DNA from: an uncultured cyanobacterium
GTDB taxonomy: Bacteria; Cyanobacteriota; Cyanobacteriia; Cyanobacteriales; CAWUOF01
Direction of reading: 5' to 3'
Assembly (NCBI GenBank): GCA_963744145.1
Contig: CAVUSO010000001.1
Span: 6,624,001-6,688,000 of the forward strand
Length of the DNA: 64,000 nt
Shown here: piece after piece, positions 51,580 through 63,375 of the stretch
Position numbering within the stretch: the first letter of the stretch is position 1
Layout: each line of letters opens with the position of its first letter
Notes under the pieces: model-generated
Database searches by the model: none
What the model saw: only the letters and a program-made list of their open reading frames with translations
What the model was told of the DNA's origin: nothing
Position numbers and translations under genes: made by a program

Positions 51580-53409
51580 TTATCTAACAGTTTCCAAACT
51601 GCGGCTCTTTTGTAAGAATAGATCAGTAAAGATACTTAATACAGTCCGTTTACGAACCAGAATTTTCGTATTGACTGACATCCCAGACTGGAGGGGAATT
51701 TCCTTACCACTAATCAAAAATGACTGACGTTCCAGCTCAATCGTAGCTGGAAAAGCATAGTAAGGACGTTCTTGTGTCGGTGGTAGCACATCTTCACCAA
51801 TTGATTTTAATTTACCAGGAATCGTGCCAAACTCCAGAGCTGGGAAAGAGTCAACATCTACTTGTACCTTCATTCCTTCTTTGATAAACCCAATATCTTT
51901 ATTCGTCAAAAACACAGACGCTTCTAAACCATCCTGGGGCACAATTTTCACGATCGGTTCCGTTGCTTTTGCGACATATCCAGGTCCACTCGCTTTCAAA
52001 TCAAATACTATCCCATCGACAGGAGCGCGTAACTCTTGATATTGACGAGATTGTTCTGATTTTTTTAAATTCCCATCAATTTGAGCAATTTGCTTTTGAT
52101 TGTCAATTTTTTTCTGACCGAATTGAGAATCAATCTGAGCAATTTGTTTCTGATTGTCTGCAATTTTCATAAGGATTTCTTTTTTTGACCCCTCAATGGT
52201 ATTTTGGTATTCAAATTCGGCTCTATTAATATCTGCTTTGATTCGTTCAGCATCTTTGCTCAACTGCTCTTCTTCCCCGACATTTCGGGATAATTCTTTT
52301 TGATTACTTAAATATTGATTTTGGCTACTGATCAGGTCTTTTTGGGTATTTTCAATTTGACTTCTACTGCTCAAAATAGCTTTAACGCTATTTGACATTT
52401 CTTTTTGTTGCTGATTTAATTGTAGCTCTGGTAATCCCCCTTCATCAACTACTGGTTTAATGCGATCGAGAATTGCTTGGTTGATCGCATAAGTATTTTT
52501 ACTTTCTTCAAATTGTTGCTGCGCTGTAATTAATTGATTTTGGATATTTCTGATTTGGTCTTGAACCACTAATAATTGATTTTTAGATATTTGCATTTGG
52601 TTTCTAGCGGAATTCAATTGGGCTTGATTTGATAATAATTGTTGGTTTAATGACTCAATTTGCAATCGTTTAGCTAAAATGCGTGACTGAATTTCATTAT
52701 TGTTAGTAACTAGTAATTTTTGTTGATTTAGATCAAAAGAATCGGTCGGACTACTAAAATTACCTTTACCTTCAGCCAAAGCTTGGTAATAAAAAGCTTC
52801 TTGAGCTAAGGAATTTCGCAAACGCAGAGTGTTTTCTAAATCTGGACTAATACCTCCTGGAAAAAGTTGCTTAATTAGCTCAGGAGATAAGGAACCACCA
52901 TTCAGAACAACATCATAAAATTTGTTTTCTTTTTCCAAACTATCTTTTAATTTCTTTTGTGATTCTAAATCTGCTTCTGGTGCTGTGGGGTCAAAGGTAA
53001 TTAATAAATCTCCTTTTTTCACCTTCTGACCAGCTTTAACCAGAATTTCGCGGACAACTCCCCCAGCTGGTGGTTGAACTTCTTTAACTGCTCCGGAAGG
53101 TTGCAATCTACCCACTGCTGGTACTGCTTGTTCAATTTGAGCCAATGCTGACCAGATTAAAGCAGAAGTTGTCATTCCAATAATAATCCAAGTAAAAGCT
53201 CTGCCCCAACTACTAGTCCTTTCCAGGATCACTGGTTGTTCGGTGAGAATTTCGGCAAAATTTACTTTAACATTAGGTGCATCTGCGCTATTTTGATCTC
53301 CATATGCCACAGTAGAATCAACCACTGGTTTAGTTTTTACCACTATTGATTGTCGATCTTGGGGAGATCCATTTCCGTTGTTATCTTGAATTTTCGATCT
53401 ACTTTTCAT
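51580..53409 (-). CDS. HlyD-family type I secretion membrane-fusion protein
   Basis: Single TM helix, lipoyl half-motifs, long coiled coil, LRAPVDG, LQSGM. Confidence 0.92.
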   Translation of the reverse strand: MKSRSKIQDNNGNGSPQDRQSIVVKTKPVVDSTVAYGDQNSADAPNVKVNFAEILTEQPVILERTSSWGRAFTWIIIGMTTSALIWSALAQIEQAVPAVGRLQPSGAVKEVQPPAGGVVREILVKAGQKVKKGDLLITFDPTAPEADLESQKKLKDSLEKENKFYDVVLNGGSLSPELIKQLFPGGISPDLENTLRLRNSLAQEAFYYQALAEGKGNFSSPTDSFDLNQQKLLVTNNNEIQSRILAKRLQIESLNQQLLSNQAQLNSARNQMQISKNQLLVVQDQIRNIQNQLITAQQQFEESKNTYAINQAILDRIKPVVDEGGLPELQLNQQQKEMSNSVKAILSSRSQIENTQKDLISSQNQYLSNQKELSRNVGEEEQLSKDAERIKADINRAEFEYQNTIEGSKKEILMKIADNQKQIAQIDSQFGQKKIDNQKQIAQIDGNLKKSEQSRQYQELRAPVDGIVFDLKASGPGYVAKATEPIVKIVPQDGLEASVFLTNKDIGFIKEGMKVQVDVDSFPALEFGTIPGKLKSIGEDVLPPTQERPYYAFPATIELERQSFLISGKEIPLQSGMSVNTKILVRKRTVLSIFTDLFLQKSRSLETVR

Positions 53410-53450
53410 CGCTGCTTTCCTATATGGTGGTAATTCTGGTCATCGCTACT

Positions 53451-56400
53451 CTAGATTTCTGATTCCTGTTGCTGATAGAGACAAAAGTAACGTCCTTTTA
53501 ACTCCATTAGCTCTTTGTGGGTTCCTTTTTCTACTACTGCCCCTTGCTCCATCATAATAATCACATCGGCATTTTTCACAGTGGGGAGACGGTGGGTGAT
53601 AAAAAATACGGTTCGTCCCGCAAAGGCGATCGCTAAGTTATCGCAAACTTGACGTTCTAAGTTATAATCTAGGGCGCTAGTAGCTTCATCTAGCATCAAC
53701 AGATTTGGATTTTGTAATACTGTCCGGGCGATCGCTAATCTTTGTCTTTGTCCTCCCGATAGATTTGAACCTCTTTCCCCTACTAAGGTGTTATACCCAT
53801 TGGGCAAATCCATAATAAAATCATGAGCGGCTGCGATTTTTGCTGCTTCAATAATTTGATCAGTAGTTGCATCCGGATTATTCAATGCAATATTTTCTCG
53901 TACTGTGCCACTAAACAATAGGGTATCTTGCAAGACCATACCCATTTGCCGTCGCAGAGAATATAGTTCTACTTTACTAATATCGTAACTATCAATCTGA
54001 ATTCTGCCCGTGAGTGGTTCATAAAGTCGTTGCAACAATTTCATTAAGGTACTTTTACCTGAACCACTCTGTCCGACTATCCCCACAAATGTCCCAGCTG
54101 GAAATTCCAGATTAACATTAGCCAATTGCATCTTACCCCCAGGGGTAAAGGTGAAGGAAAGACTGTCAAATTTGACTTGACCCTGAATTTCGGGCATGGG
54201 AATATTCTCTAGGTTTAGCTCTCCTCCTTCGGTCGTTTTATCCAAAACATCTCGCAACCGTTCGATCGACATTGCTGTTTCTTGGAAGTTTTGCCAAACT
54301 TGGACAAATCGCAATAGAGCCCCTGTCACGTTGCCCGAAATAATCCGAAATGCAATTAAGGCTCCTAAAGTCATTTGATTATCTAATACTAAATGAACTC
54401 CTACCCACAGCAAAGCGACCGAGGAAAGAGTGTTTAAAAAGCTACCAAACGCATTAGCGACCGTAGCGATCTGAACAGTTTTAAAACTCGCTTTCATGAA
54501 GCGAGCATATTTTTCATACCAACTCCAACGAGATTTTAATTCAATTGTCTGTGCTTTTACCGTTTGGACTCCAGACAGCACTTCCACTAAGTATGATTGG
54601 GAATCTGCATAGCGTTCTGCTCTTCTGAGTAATAATCGCTGCACTACCGGAGAAACGAAAAATATTAATGCACCGAAAATTGGTACTGTCCCTAAAGCTA
54701 CTACTGTTAATAGCAAACTGTAAGACAGCATCACACCAATATAAATCACTGAAAATACAGCATCAAGGACTACGGTCAATGCTGTACCTGTTAAGAATTG
54801 ACGAATGTTAGCTAGTTCGTTGATCCGTCCAACGGTTTCCCCCACGCGACGATTGTCAAAGTAGTTTAGTGGTAGTCGGAGCAAGTGATCGATGACCTGG
54901 GACCCCAGATTCAGATCAATCCGGTTGGTGGTGTCTGCAAATGATAAATTTCTCAGACTATTGAGAATAGCTTCAAATAGGGCAACCAGAATCATAGCTG
55001 CACCTAATACATCTAAGGTATCAGGGCTTTTTTGACCGAGAACTTTATCAATGATGAGTTGGGTAATCAAGGGGTTGACTAAGCCAAACATCTGGACGAA
55101 AAATGAGGCTACAAATACTTCGATTAAAACTCGACGATATTGGAGTAAGGATGGGAGAAACCACCAGAAACTGAATTTTTCTTTAATATCTTCTGGTTTT
55201 GGTTGTTGGAGTAATAAAACTTGACCAACTGGACCCCAAACTTCAATAAATTTTTCTGGAGTAAGTTTTTTGATCCCCTCCTCCGGTACGGCCAGAACTA
55301 GTTCTTTTTCGGTAATGTTGTAGAGGATTGCTAGTCTTTGCTTTTGTGGATCTGGGGTTGGTTGTTCCTCGGTCTGCTCGAATTTTTGGCCTTGGATTGG
55401 CCATTGGACCAGGACTGGAGCTTTGAGTCGGTTGATGAAAGTTGCGTTTACTTGTAATAACTGTGCTGGTATTCCCATCATAGTTACTACACCTCCCGCC
55501 GTGTAGAGGGAGATTTGCCCAGTCGTTTTTATTTGATTGTCTAAGACTTTCCGAATTACATCTCGACGACAGGGAACTTCCAGGTGACGTCCCAACATTT
55601 GGAAGCAAGCTAAGGACGCTTCTAAGAGACCTTGGCCCCGAATAAAGGGATATTTAGGGGGAGTAGCTCTTGGATTTGGACTTGCTTCCGGGGGGATATG
55701 GGGTGCGTAGAGGATTTCTGGGATAGTAGTTGGTGTCTCTGTTGGTGCTGCTACGCTTACAGGTGTGGCGATCGCGTTAGCTTGATTCCGGTTTGGATTG
55801 GGTTCAACAAACCCTACTACTCTGGCTCCTCTAGCACTAGCCACAATTAAGGGTAGTCCATCAAAAACGAGACGACTACCGATGGGAAAGTCTTCAATTT
55901 CACCACTGCTAACTAACCAAACTCGTTGGGGATCTAGTTGACTCAGATCAACCCGACCTGGAGGTAAGTTCGCGACTAATGAATCTACAGCTACTTGGTG
56001 AGATAAGTCTTTGAGGGTCGCTGTATTTTCTGGTCTCCGTTGGAGTTCTTGACTCCACAATTCAAAGATTTCGCTGATTTCTGATTGCGATCGCACGTAG
56101 TCTTTAAATTCTGGATCGTTGTCTAAATATTCTAAAAAGTCGTTCTTTTCAATGGTGATACAAACAGATTCCGTTGACGCGATCGCCGTTTCACAGGGAA
56201 TTCCTCGAATTAAGGAGATCCACCCCAAGGTACTTCCTGGTCCGACTCGGTGAATACTCACTAAGCTCTGGGTGCGTTGATCATTACCTAATAGTCTTGC
56301 TTGTCCAGTGTAGATGATCGCTACAAAAGCTGGCATTCTTTCCCGTTCGAGGATTGGCTGGCCCACACGATAGCGTAACAACTGACTGTGAGACGCTAAT

Positions 56401-56489
56401 TGTTTTAAGCCATCTAATCCCAATTTTTGAAAAAACGGGGTTTGACCTAAAAATTCGGCGATTTGAGACTGGGAAAGAGCTTGATTCAT
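53451..56489 (-). CDS. HlyB-like type I secretion ABC transporter with cNMP-binding and C39-like domains
   Basis: GQSGSGKST, LSGGQRQR, LDEATSALD. Confidence 0.93.
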   Translation of the reverse strand: MNQALSQSQIAEFLGQTPFFQKLGLDGLKQLASHSQLLRYRVGQPILERERMPAFVAIIYTGQARLLGNDQRTQSLVSIHRVGPGSTLGWISLIRGIPCETAIASTESVCITIEKNDFLEYLDNDPEFKDYVRSQSEISEIFELWSQELQRRPENTATLKDLSHQVAVDSLVANLPPGRVDLSQLDPQRVWLVSSGEIEDFPIGSRLVFDGLPLIVASARGARVVGFVEPNPNRNQANAIATPVSVAAPTETPTTIPEILYAPHIPPEASPNPRATPPKYPFIRGQGLLEASLACFQMLGRHLEVPCRRDVIRKVLDNQIKTTGQISLYTAGGVVTMMGIPAQLLQVNATFINRLKAPVLVQWPIQGQKFEQTEEQPTPDPQKQRLAILYNITEKELVLAVPEEGIKKLTPEKFIEVWGPVGQVLLLQQPKPEDIKEKFSFWWFLPSLLQYRRVLIEVFVASFFVQMFGLVNPLITQLIIDKVLGQKSPDTLDVLGAAMILVALFEAILNSLRNLSFADTTNRIDLNLGSQVIDHLLRLPLNYFDNRRVGETVGRINELANIRQFLTGTALTVVLDAVFSVIYIGVMLSYSLLLTVVALGTVPIFGALIFFVSPVVQRLLLRRAERYADSQSYLVEVLSGVQTVKAQTIELKSRWSWYEKYARFMKASFKTVQIATVANAFGSFLNTLSSVALLWVGVHLVLDNQMTLGALIAFRIISGNVTGALLRFVQVWQNFQETAMSIERLRDVLDKTTEGGELNLENIPMPEIQGQVKFDSLSFTFTPGGKMQLANVNLEFPAGTFVGIVGQSGSGKSTLMKLLQRLYEPLTGRIQIDSYDISKVELYSLRRQMGMVLQDTLLFSGTVRENIALNNPDATTDQIIEAAKIAAAHDFIMDLPNGYNTLVGERGSNLSGGQRQRLAIARTVLQNPNLLMLDEATSALDYNLERQVCDNLAIAFAGRTVFFITHRLPTVKNADVIIMMEQGAVVEKGTHKELMELKGRYFCLYQQQESEI

Positions 56490-57238
56490 GGTGAAATTGA
56501 CGACGAAGACGTTAGCGATCGCATTAAGCCCACTTGCTGTTGTTGTTCATTTAGCCAGCTGACAAACATTTCATCAATCATTCGCTGGCGCATGGCTTCA
56601 TCCAGTTGGGCGGGAATATACTGTTCTAACCTGATAATAATAAACCATTCTGCTAATGGACGTGGTGCCCATAGTTGTCCTGGTTGACTAACGCTCAGTA
56701 ATTGGCTAATGACTGGATGAGGTTGAATTACTGGTGCTGGCCCAATGTATCCTCCCGTATTAGCTTCTGGTCCTTGAGAATATTGCCTGGCCATATCGGC
56801 AAAACTTTCTTCTCCTTCTTGAATCCGAAAGTAGATCTCTTTGGCTAAACCCTCATCTTTCATACGAATCAGGGAATAGTACACCATATCTAAACTGAAC
56901 TTGCGTTTGAGAAAGTAGGATTCTACTTTTAAACCCCAGGTTGCTACTTTATATTTTTCTATCAATAGCGATCGCACCGCTATTTCTTCTAACTGTTCTG
57001 GAGTGAGTAATTGATTCCCTAACCATTCATTTTTTGCTTCTGGTGTATTCAGATTATGCTGTTGACAAAATTTTTCAATTGCCTGCTCCCGTTCTGCTGC
57101 TGTACAGGTCAGATCGGCGATCGCCCCATCCACAATTTTCTCCCGAATAAATTGTTGCATCAACTGATAGCGACCCAACAACCCCGGAATTTCCGACGCT
57201 GAAAGTATTTGTTTCCCAATGGCAAATTCTTCTGTCAT
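56486..57238 (-). CDS. PpiC-type peptidyl-prolyl isomerase
   Basis: SFADMARQYSQGPEANTGG; typical partner of cyanobacterial T1SS genes. Confidence 0.88.
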   Translation of the reverse strand: MTEEFAIGKQILSASEIPGLLGRYQLMQQFIREKIVDGAIADLTCTAAEREQAIEKFCQQHNLNTPEAKNEWLGNQLLTPEQLEEIAVRSLLIEKYKVATWGLKVESYFLKRKFSLDMVYYSLIRMKDEGLAKEIYFRIQEGEESFADMARQYSQGPEANTGGYIGPAPVIQPHPVISQLLSVSQPGQLWAPRPLAEWFIIIRLEQYIPAQLDEAMRQRMIDEMFVSWLNEQQQQVGLMRSLTSSSSISP

Positions 57239-57707
57239 ATCATCCCAAATTAGCACTTAGATCTCTTGGTGACACTAGCATTTTCAGCTCACTGTCCCGT
57301 CCAGAGCGCGAGCAAAGATTCAGTAATTGCACCAACTACGCATTTATTCCTAAAGCGTATATCCACCAACTCTGACACTCAATATTATTTATATCGCACT
57401 CCCTGGACATTTTAAATTACTCTATCATTGACGGCTATTCCAGATTAACCACTTTCAGCCACCCACTCAAGTACCTTGTATGATCAAGTCGTAAATCTGT
57501 GACTAGATGTTCCATCTATCCAAGCCATCCTCAGATCCCGATCTATGGAAAAAGCATTTTTTGCTCCGAAGATCTTGTACACTTTTTGGTAGATTTTAAT
57601 CCTAGGAATACCCATGATCCCAATCTGAACCATCTGCTTCTACTATAAGATTCTGCTTGTTTCCTCAATTCTCTGGTCTGATATTTTCTTAAGCAAATTT
57701 TCCAACT

Positions 57708-60453
57708 ATGACATTTTTACCCAATACATTGCTCCCGAACATCTATGTCTTTTGTCTCGATCATAGCGTCCCTTCTGGTGGGATTAGAAAATTATATCTT
57801 CATGTAGACACTTTAAATAGAAATGGCTTCAATGCAGCGATCATTCACGAAAAAAAAGATTTCCGATGTACTTGGTTTGAAAATCAAACAAAAGTTGTTT
57901 CTTGGTCAGAGATTAAGATTAATCCCAGGGATTATTTGGTGATTCCCGAAGTTTATGGTCCCGATATTGCCCAGCTCTTTCCAGATAATCCCAGAATTAT
58001 CTTTAATCAAAATGCTTACTATACATTTTCCCCTCAATGTTTTGGGGATATTAATATGATTGACTTTAGTTTTATTCGAGATGTTGCTGCTATTTTTGTG
58101 ATTTCGGAAGATAGTAAAAAATATTTAGAATATGTATTTCCCCATACCAAGATTTTTCGACTTTACTATGGACTAGATTCTGATTTATTTAACTATCAAT
58201 CAAACAAAAAGAAGCAAATCTGTTTTATGCCCAGAAAAAAAGCACAAAGAGATGCAATTCAAGTGATTAAGATTCTCCAAGCTCGAAATACTTTAAAAGA
58301 TTTTCAATTTAGGATAATTGACAATAAAACTGAACAAGAAGTAGCAGTATTACTCAAAGAATCTCTAATTTTTCTGAGTCTTGGTCACACAGAAGGATTT
58401 GGTTTACCTCCAGCTGAAGCAATGGCTTGTGGTTGCATTGTAATAGGCTATCATGGTAGAGGAGGAAAAGAATTTTTTAAACCAGAGTTTTCTTTTCCGA
58501 TCGAAGTTGGAGATATTATGGGTTTTGCCCAAACCCTAGAAGCAGTAATTGCTGAATATGAAATTGATAGCACTAATTTAAAAGCTAAAGCTAAACAAGC
58601 ATCAGATTATATTTTAAAGACTTATTCTCGCACCCGAGAAGAAGCAGATATCATCAATACCTGGAACCAATTATTAGGTCAAACCAGTTTGATGGAAAAT
58701 TCTGAACCATCATCAACAATTTCTGCAAAAGCTGAGGATAGTAAAATGTCAGATGATCCAGATTACTACGATCGCGTTAATCCAAATTTATTAAAATTAC
58801 TCCCAGCTGATGCTAAATTAATCGTCGAAATTGGCTGTGGATCTGGTGCTTTAGGGAAAGAATATAAACAAATTAATCCCCATGGTAAGTATATTGGAAT
58901 AGAAATTAATCCAGCCGCAGCAAAAATTGCAGCTGAAAGATTAGATCGAGTAATTGTTGGTGATATTGAAAGTTTAGATGAAGCTAGTCTCAATCTAGCG
59001 ATCGGCAGTGTAGATTGTTTAATATATGGAGATGTGCTGGAACATTTATTGAATCCTTGGGAAGTGCTAAAAAAGCATACTAATTGGCTCAAGGAAGATG
59101 GTCAAGTCCTCGCTTGTATTCCCAATATCCAGCATTGGAGCGCGATCGTTGATTTATTAAAAGGTAAATGGAATTACGAAGATGAAGGTTTATTAGATCG
59201 CACCCATCTCCACTTTTTTACTTTAGATAGTATCAAAAAACTGTTCATTCAAGCCGGACTCCAAATCTATGAAATTCAGACCCGAAGCGGTATATCTGAT
59301 GATTTTGAAAAGTTCCAGCAGTTAATCGCCCCTTTAGTAAAAACATTACAATTAAATCCAGTTAATTTTGCTACTCAGACAGCCGCAATCCAGTATATTG
59401 TTAGAGCCATCAAATCGCCCATCCCACCTCGAAGACTACTGATTCAAACTTTGATGAGTGCGCCCACTGCTTGCGAGACAATTAGAGTTTTACAGCCAGA
59501 TCAATTTAGTTCGACTATTCCCGGTGTGAGAACTTTTTGCACCATTAAAAAAGGTAATAAGAATATTGGTTTTGCTGGTGAAGAAAAAGTATTAATTTGG
59601 CAAAGAACTACTTTAATCTATCCACAAGATTTAGAACAACAAAGAGACCTGATCCATCGGGGTTATTTAATTATTGCAGAAATTGATGACGATCCATTGC
59701 GTTGAGTCTGAATTAGCGGAAAATAAATATTTAACCTACCGAAGTAGTCATGGTATTCAAACCTCGACCGAACCTTTAGCAGCATATTTACGCCAATTTA
59801 ATCCAAATATAGCAATTTTTACTAATCAATTAAGTAAACTACCACCACCCCGGATTTACCCAAATGACGATTCCGTCACAATTTTCTTTGGAGCTTTAAA
59901 TCGACAAGAAGATTGGGCACCAATTATGCCAGCTTTAAATCGAGTGATTGCTACTTATCCAGACCGAGTGTCGGTAAAAGTAATTCATGATCAGGAATTT
60001 TTTCAAGCTTTGGTCACAGCACAAAAGGAATTTGAACCATTTTGTCCCTACGAACGTTATCAAGAAATTATGAGCAGTTGTGATATCGCTTTGCTCCCCC
60101 TTAATCCCACTCGTTTCAATCAAATGAAATCAGATTTAAAGTTCTTGGAATGTGCTGGTTATGGGGTAACAGCATTAGCTAGTCCGACAGTTTATGCCCA
60201 ATCAATTATTAACGGTGAAACAGGTTTAATTTATCACTCGGTGACAGAATTTGAGTCCCAATTGCGAGAATTAATTACTAATATTGAATGGCGCAGAAAA
60301 CTAGCTCGGAATGCTTATCAATGGGTGCGAGATCATCGTTTACTTTCTTTATCTTATCGAGAGCGACGAGATTGGTATTTGCAAATGCGCGATCGGTTAC
60401 CGCAACTAAATGAAGAATTGCGAGAAAGATTACCAGAATTATTTGTAGATTAA
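57708..60453 (+). pseudogene. Glycosyltransferase - methyltransferase - glycosyltransferase fusion, frameshifted at ~59700
   Basis: [21 protein letters not shown] and [15 protein letters not shown] then ESELAENKYL...KSDLKFLE in a different frame. Confidence 0.75.
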
Positions 60454-61547
60454 TGGCTCCAATTGTGCGATCGGCAAAATCAAACCGGAAAACTAATTTT
60501 TCCGGTTAACCTGCTACACAAAACTTGGTACTGGAGTTTAGACTAAGCAAAATTGGCCCAGCGAGGTGCTGAGAGAAAAACCAGGGTAGGGGCGTATTGC
60601 TTTTGCGCCCCTACATAAGTAAAGAAATCTTAATTAAGAGGCCACTTTTTGATGATTTTGAAACTGACATGAGCCTTTTTTCACAGTGGGATAGCGAATT
60701 TTGGGAGTGCGGGGTTGGCCAGTTGGCCAGCCTGGTGACTTTCCGCGTCGTTTTGGATGTACTGCGGGTGTATCAATCGTGACCAAAAGTGAGAACATGG
60801 ACTGGGCTACTCGTCCAGGGGTCAAATTAGTCAGAGGTTTTTGCCAAGGTAAGTAAGAGTCTCTGACCAAATCTCTAGCCAGCCATAATTGCCAGGTTAA
60901 CAGAGGCATTAAATCGCTCCAACGGTCACATTGTTCTGGGGTACTCAGGTGGGGTAAAGTCCAATGCAATGTTTGTGAAAGCGAAACGATACCAATGTTC
61001 AATCACAAAACGCCGCAAATATTCCAAACCGATGATTTCCAGGATCAACGGGGATTCACCAATCCACGCTAACCATCAAGGTTTAGCAGAACGACCATTA
61101 CTACTAACCTTAAGTCGTTCCACACAAATCAAGGTCATCTGATGTTCGGCACTATTGGCAAAATGCAAGTTATTCCACTGAGAAAACCGCAATTTCCCCA
61201 GTTTTGGATCATCCAATTCTACCGTCTGGTTTGCTGCCCACCAAGTTTGAGGCTGATTAAGCCTTTTGTCGAGCGTAGTCGAGACATGAAATTTTTGACC
61301 ATGACGATGAGGACGGCCATGACCAGAATAAGCTGGTGGGGCAGAATATAAACAACGATTAGAACGCAGACGCATTAGTACGGGCGTATTGCAATACGCC
61401 CCTACGCAGGCAAATGGGCGGTTTGTAAGACTAAACGGCCACAGCCATATTCTCGGTCAAACCATACTAACGGTCGTTGTGGCAATTGTGTCAGGACTTG
61501 TTCTAACTGCTTGGCAGCTTTACTGATGGGGGTATCCCAACTGGTAA

Positions 61548-62695
61548 TACCAATTCTCTAAATGCCGACTACAGATAGTGCCTCTAATATATAGGCTCGT
61601 CCCGTAATTGAGGCAATTACTTTTGAATTCATCTTTTCTAGTTCTTTACTAATTAAAAGTCTTAATTCATCTAAGTTTCTTGGTAATTCCCATCTCAATC
61701 CCTTTTTGAGATACTGCCATACCTGTTCGATTGGATTTGATTCAGGACAATGGGATGGTTGAAACATTAAAATAACGTTTTTAGGAATTACCAACTTTTT
61801 AGCTTTATGAAAACCACCATTGTCTAACTGAATGATCAAAATACTATCCGAAAAATGCGCGGCTACTAAGTCTAAAAATATCTGAAAGCATTGACTATTG
61901 AGATGAGTAAACTCGTAAAAGAAATGTTCCCCTGTCTTTGGCTCTACTACGCCATAAATATAAGTCGCTTGAAATTTCCATTGCACTTTACCAATTGGTT
62001 TTACCCCACGAATGGTAATTTTTCTCCCACTAATCGTTTTCATGCCGATCCGTGTTTCATCTTGACATAAAAATCTGACTTTATCTCCTAAACTCATTAC
62101 TGTTATGGCAAACCAACTCAGCATAGCTAAGTCCTCCGCCAAGTGATTTCTAAAATTATCTAACTTTTTTTTTGACTGTTCTGTACTTTTCGGCCTGGCG
62201 ATTTTTGGTGAGGCTTTTAGTTTATAATGCACTAATTGATGAACGGTTTTATATTTAGCTTCTATCCCAAGGGTGGATGATAGCCATTGACAAATTTCCC
62301 CATAACTATTAAATCCTTCCTCTTCATTTAGTCGTTTTTCTAAACTTTTTACCGCCCAGTCAGGAATTTTTCTCGGTCGGCCTGTACCCACTTTTTTCCC
62401 CAGATATTTGGCCAATCCTCCTTGACGGTATTTGGCTAACCAATCTTGAACGGTAACTCGATTTCTGCCCAAGATTTCAGCAACTTCTGTGACTGTTTTA
62501 GCTTTGTTTATCTTGAGTAGATATAATGCTTGTAATCGTTCTTTTCCTGGACCAGTTTTTTCCACTGCGAGCAATTTCTTCAGCTCGGCTTCACTTTCCT
62601 TAATGTCTAGGTGATAAACTCCTGCCATATTTTTCCTTCAACTCTACTCAAATTATACTCTACACTATCTGTAGTCAAAGTTGCAAGAATTGGTA
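61548..62695 (-). mobile_element. 1148-bp IS630-family element, apparently intact
   Basis: TACCAATTCT...AGAATTGGTA termini, TAA duplication; excision restores HERITSWDTP of the host transposase. Confidence 0.92.
61558..62628 (-). CDS. IS630-family transposase
   Basis: CQDETR, QLDNGGFH, PESNPIEQVW. Confidence 0.93.
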   Translation of the reverse strand: MAGVYHLDIKESEAELKKLLAVEKTGPGKERLQALYLLKINKAKTVTEVAEILGRNRVTVQDWLAKYRQGGLAKYLGKKVGTGRPRKIPDWAVKSLEKRLNEEEGFNSYGEICQWLSSTLGIEAKYKTVHQLVHYKLKASPKIARPKSTEQSKKKLDNFRNHLAEDLAMLSWFAITVMSLGDKVRFLCQDETRIGMKTISGRKITIRGVKPIGKVQWKFQATYIYGVVEPKTGEHFFYEFTHLNSQCFQIFLDLVAAHFSDSILIIQLDNGGFHKAKKLVIPKNVILMFQPSHCPESNPIEQVWQYLKKGLRWELPRNLDELRLLISKELEKMNSKVIASITGRAYILEALSVVGI

Positions 62696-63375
62696 TAATT
62701 CGCTCGTGTCTTAAGGGTAAGGCCCAACTGCCTGTTGTTTCTGGAATCCAGGCAATGGTGCTGTAGCTATAGCCAATTTCTCTCTTGTTTGTTACCAGAG
62801 CAGGCCGCCGCTTTATGCTCATAAGTACGCTCTCTCAATGTCCTGGCTCTTCTGCCGCCCCCACGCTGGATGGTCCACTGCCAAGATTGGTCGCTCTCTG
62901 ACCGACATCTGCTGAATATACAGTTTCATCAATCCCTCGCGGTCTGGTGCACAGTCTTGTAGCGCTTCGTACACACTTGACCACTCTCTTCGGAATAATG
63001 GGCTTAAGGCCATGTCTGCTAGACAATTGGCGTGACCTGTGGTCATTAGTGCATCCATTAGCTCAAAAGTGGCATCTTTGGCTGGACCTAGCGTAGGGGC
63101 GTATGGCAATACGCCCGTACATATGCTTGTTGACGGAATTCGCTCAAGATTTCATAATTCATGGTAGGCAGATCAATGAGTTTTTTGCAATAATTCTCAA
63201 TTTTCTGCCCCCAGGGGACTCTTTGACAATTACTTCCCTTTTTCTCTCTTATTAGTCTAAACTCCAGTAGTTAATAACTGAAAAATCTCTAGTTAAGATA
63301 GGTTAATTCTTAGCTCTTAATTAAATTCAAGAACTCGTTCAAGCCAAATCCACTTATGAGATAGTAGCAAGAGGA

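Larger units (their letters stand above)
8447..63120. repeat. Dispersed ~28-bp hairpin family GTAGGGGCGTATTGCAATACGCCCGTAC (13 copies)
   Basis: Copies at ~8447 (variant), 14711, 14885, 17022, 17364, 18274, 20074, 47862, 47951, 48271, 60586, 61378 and 63093. Confidence 0.92.
60531..63267 (-). mobile_element. IS701-like DDE element (pseudogene ~63162-60634), host of nested insertions
   Basis: TIR CTGGAGTTTAGACTAA / TTAGTCTAAACTCCAG flanked by TA; fragments DATFELMDA, SWALPLRHERI, PKRRGKSPGW. Confidence 0.85.
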
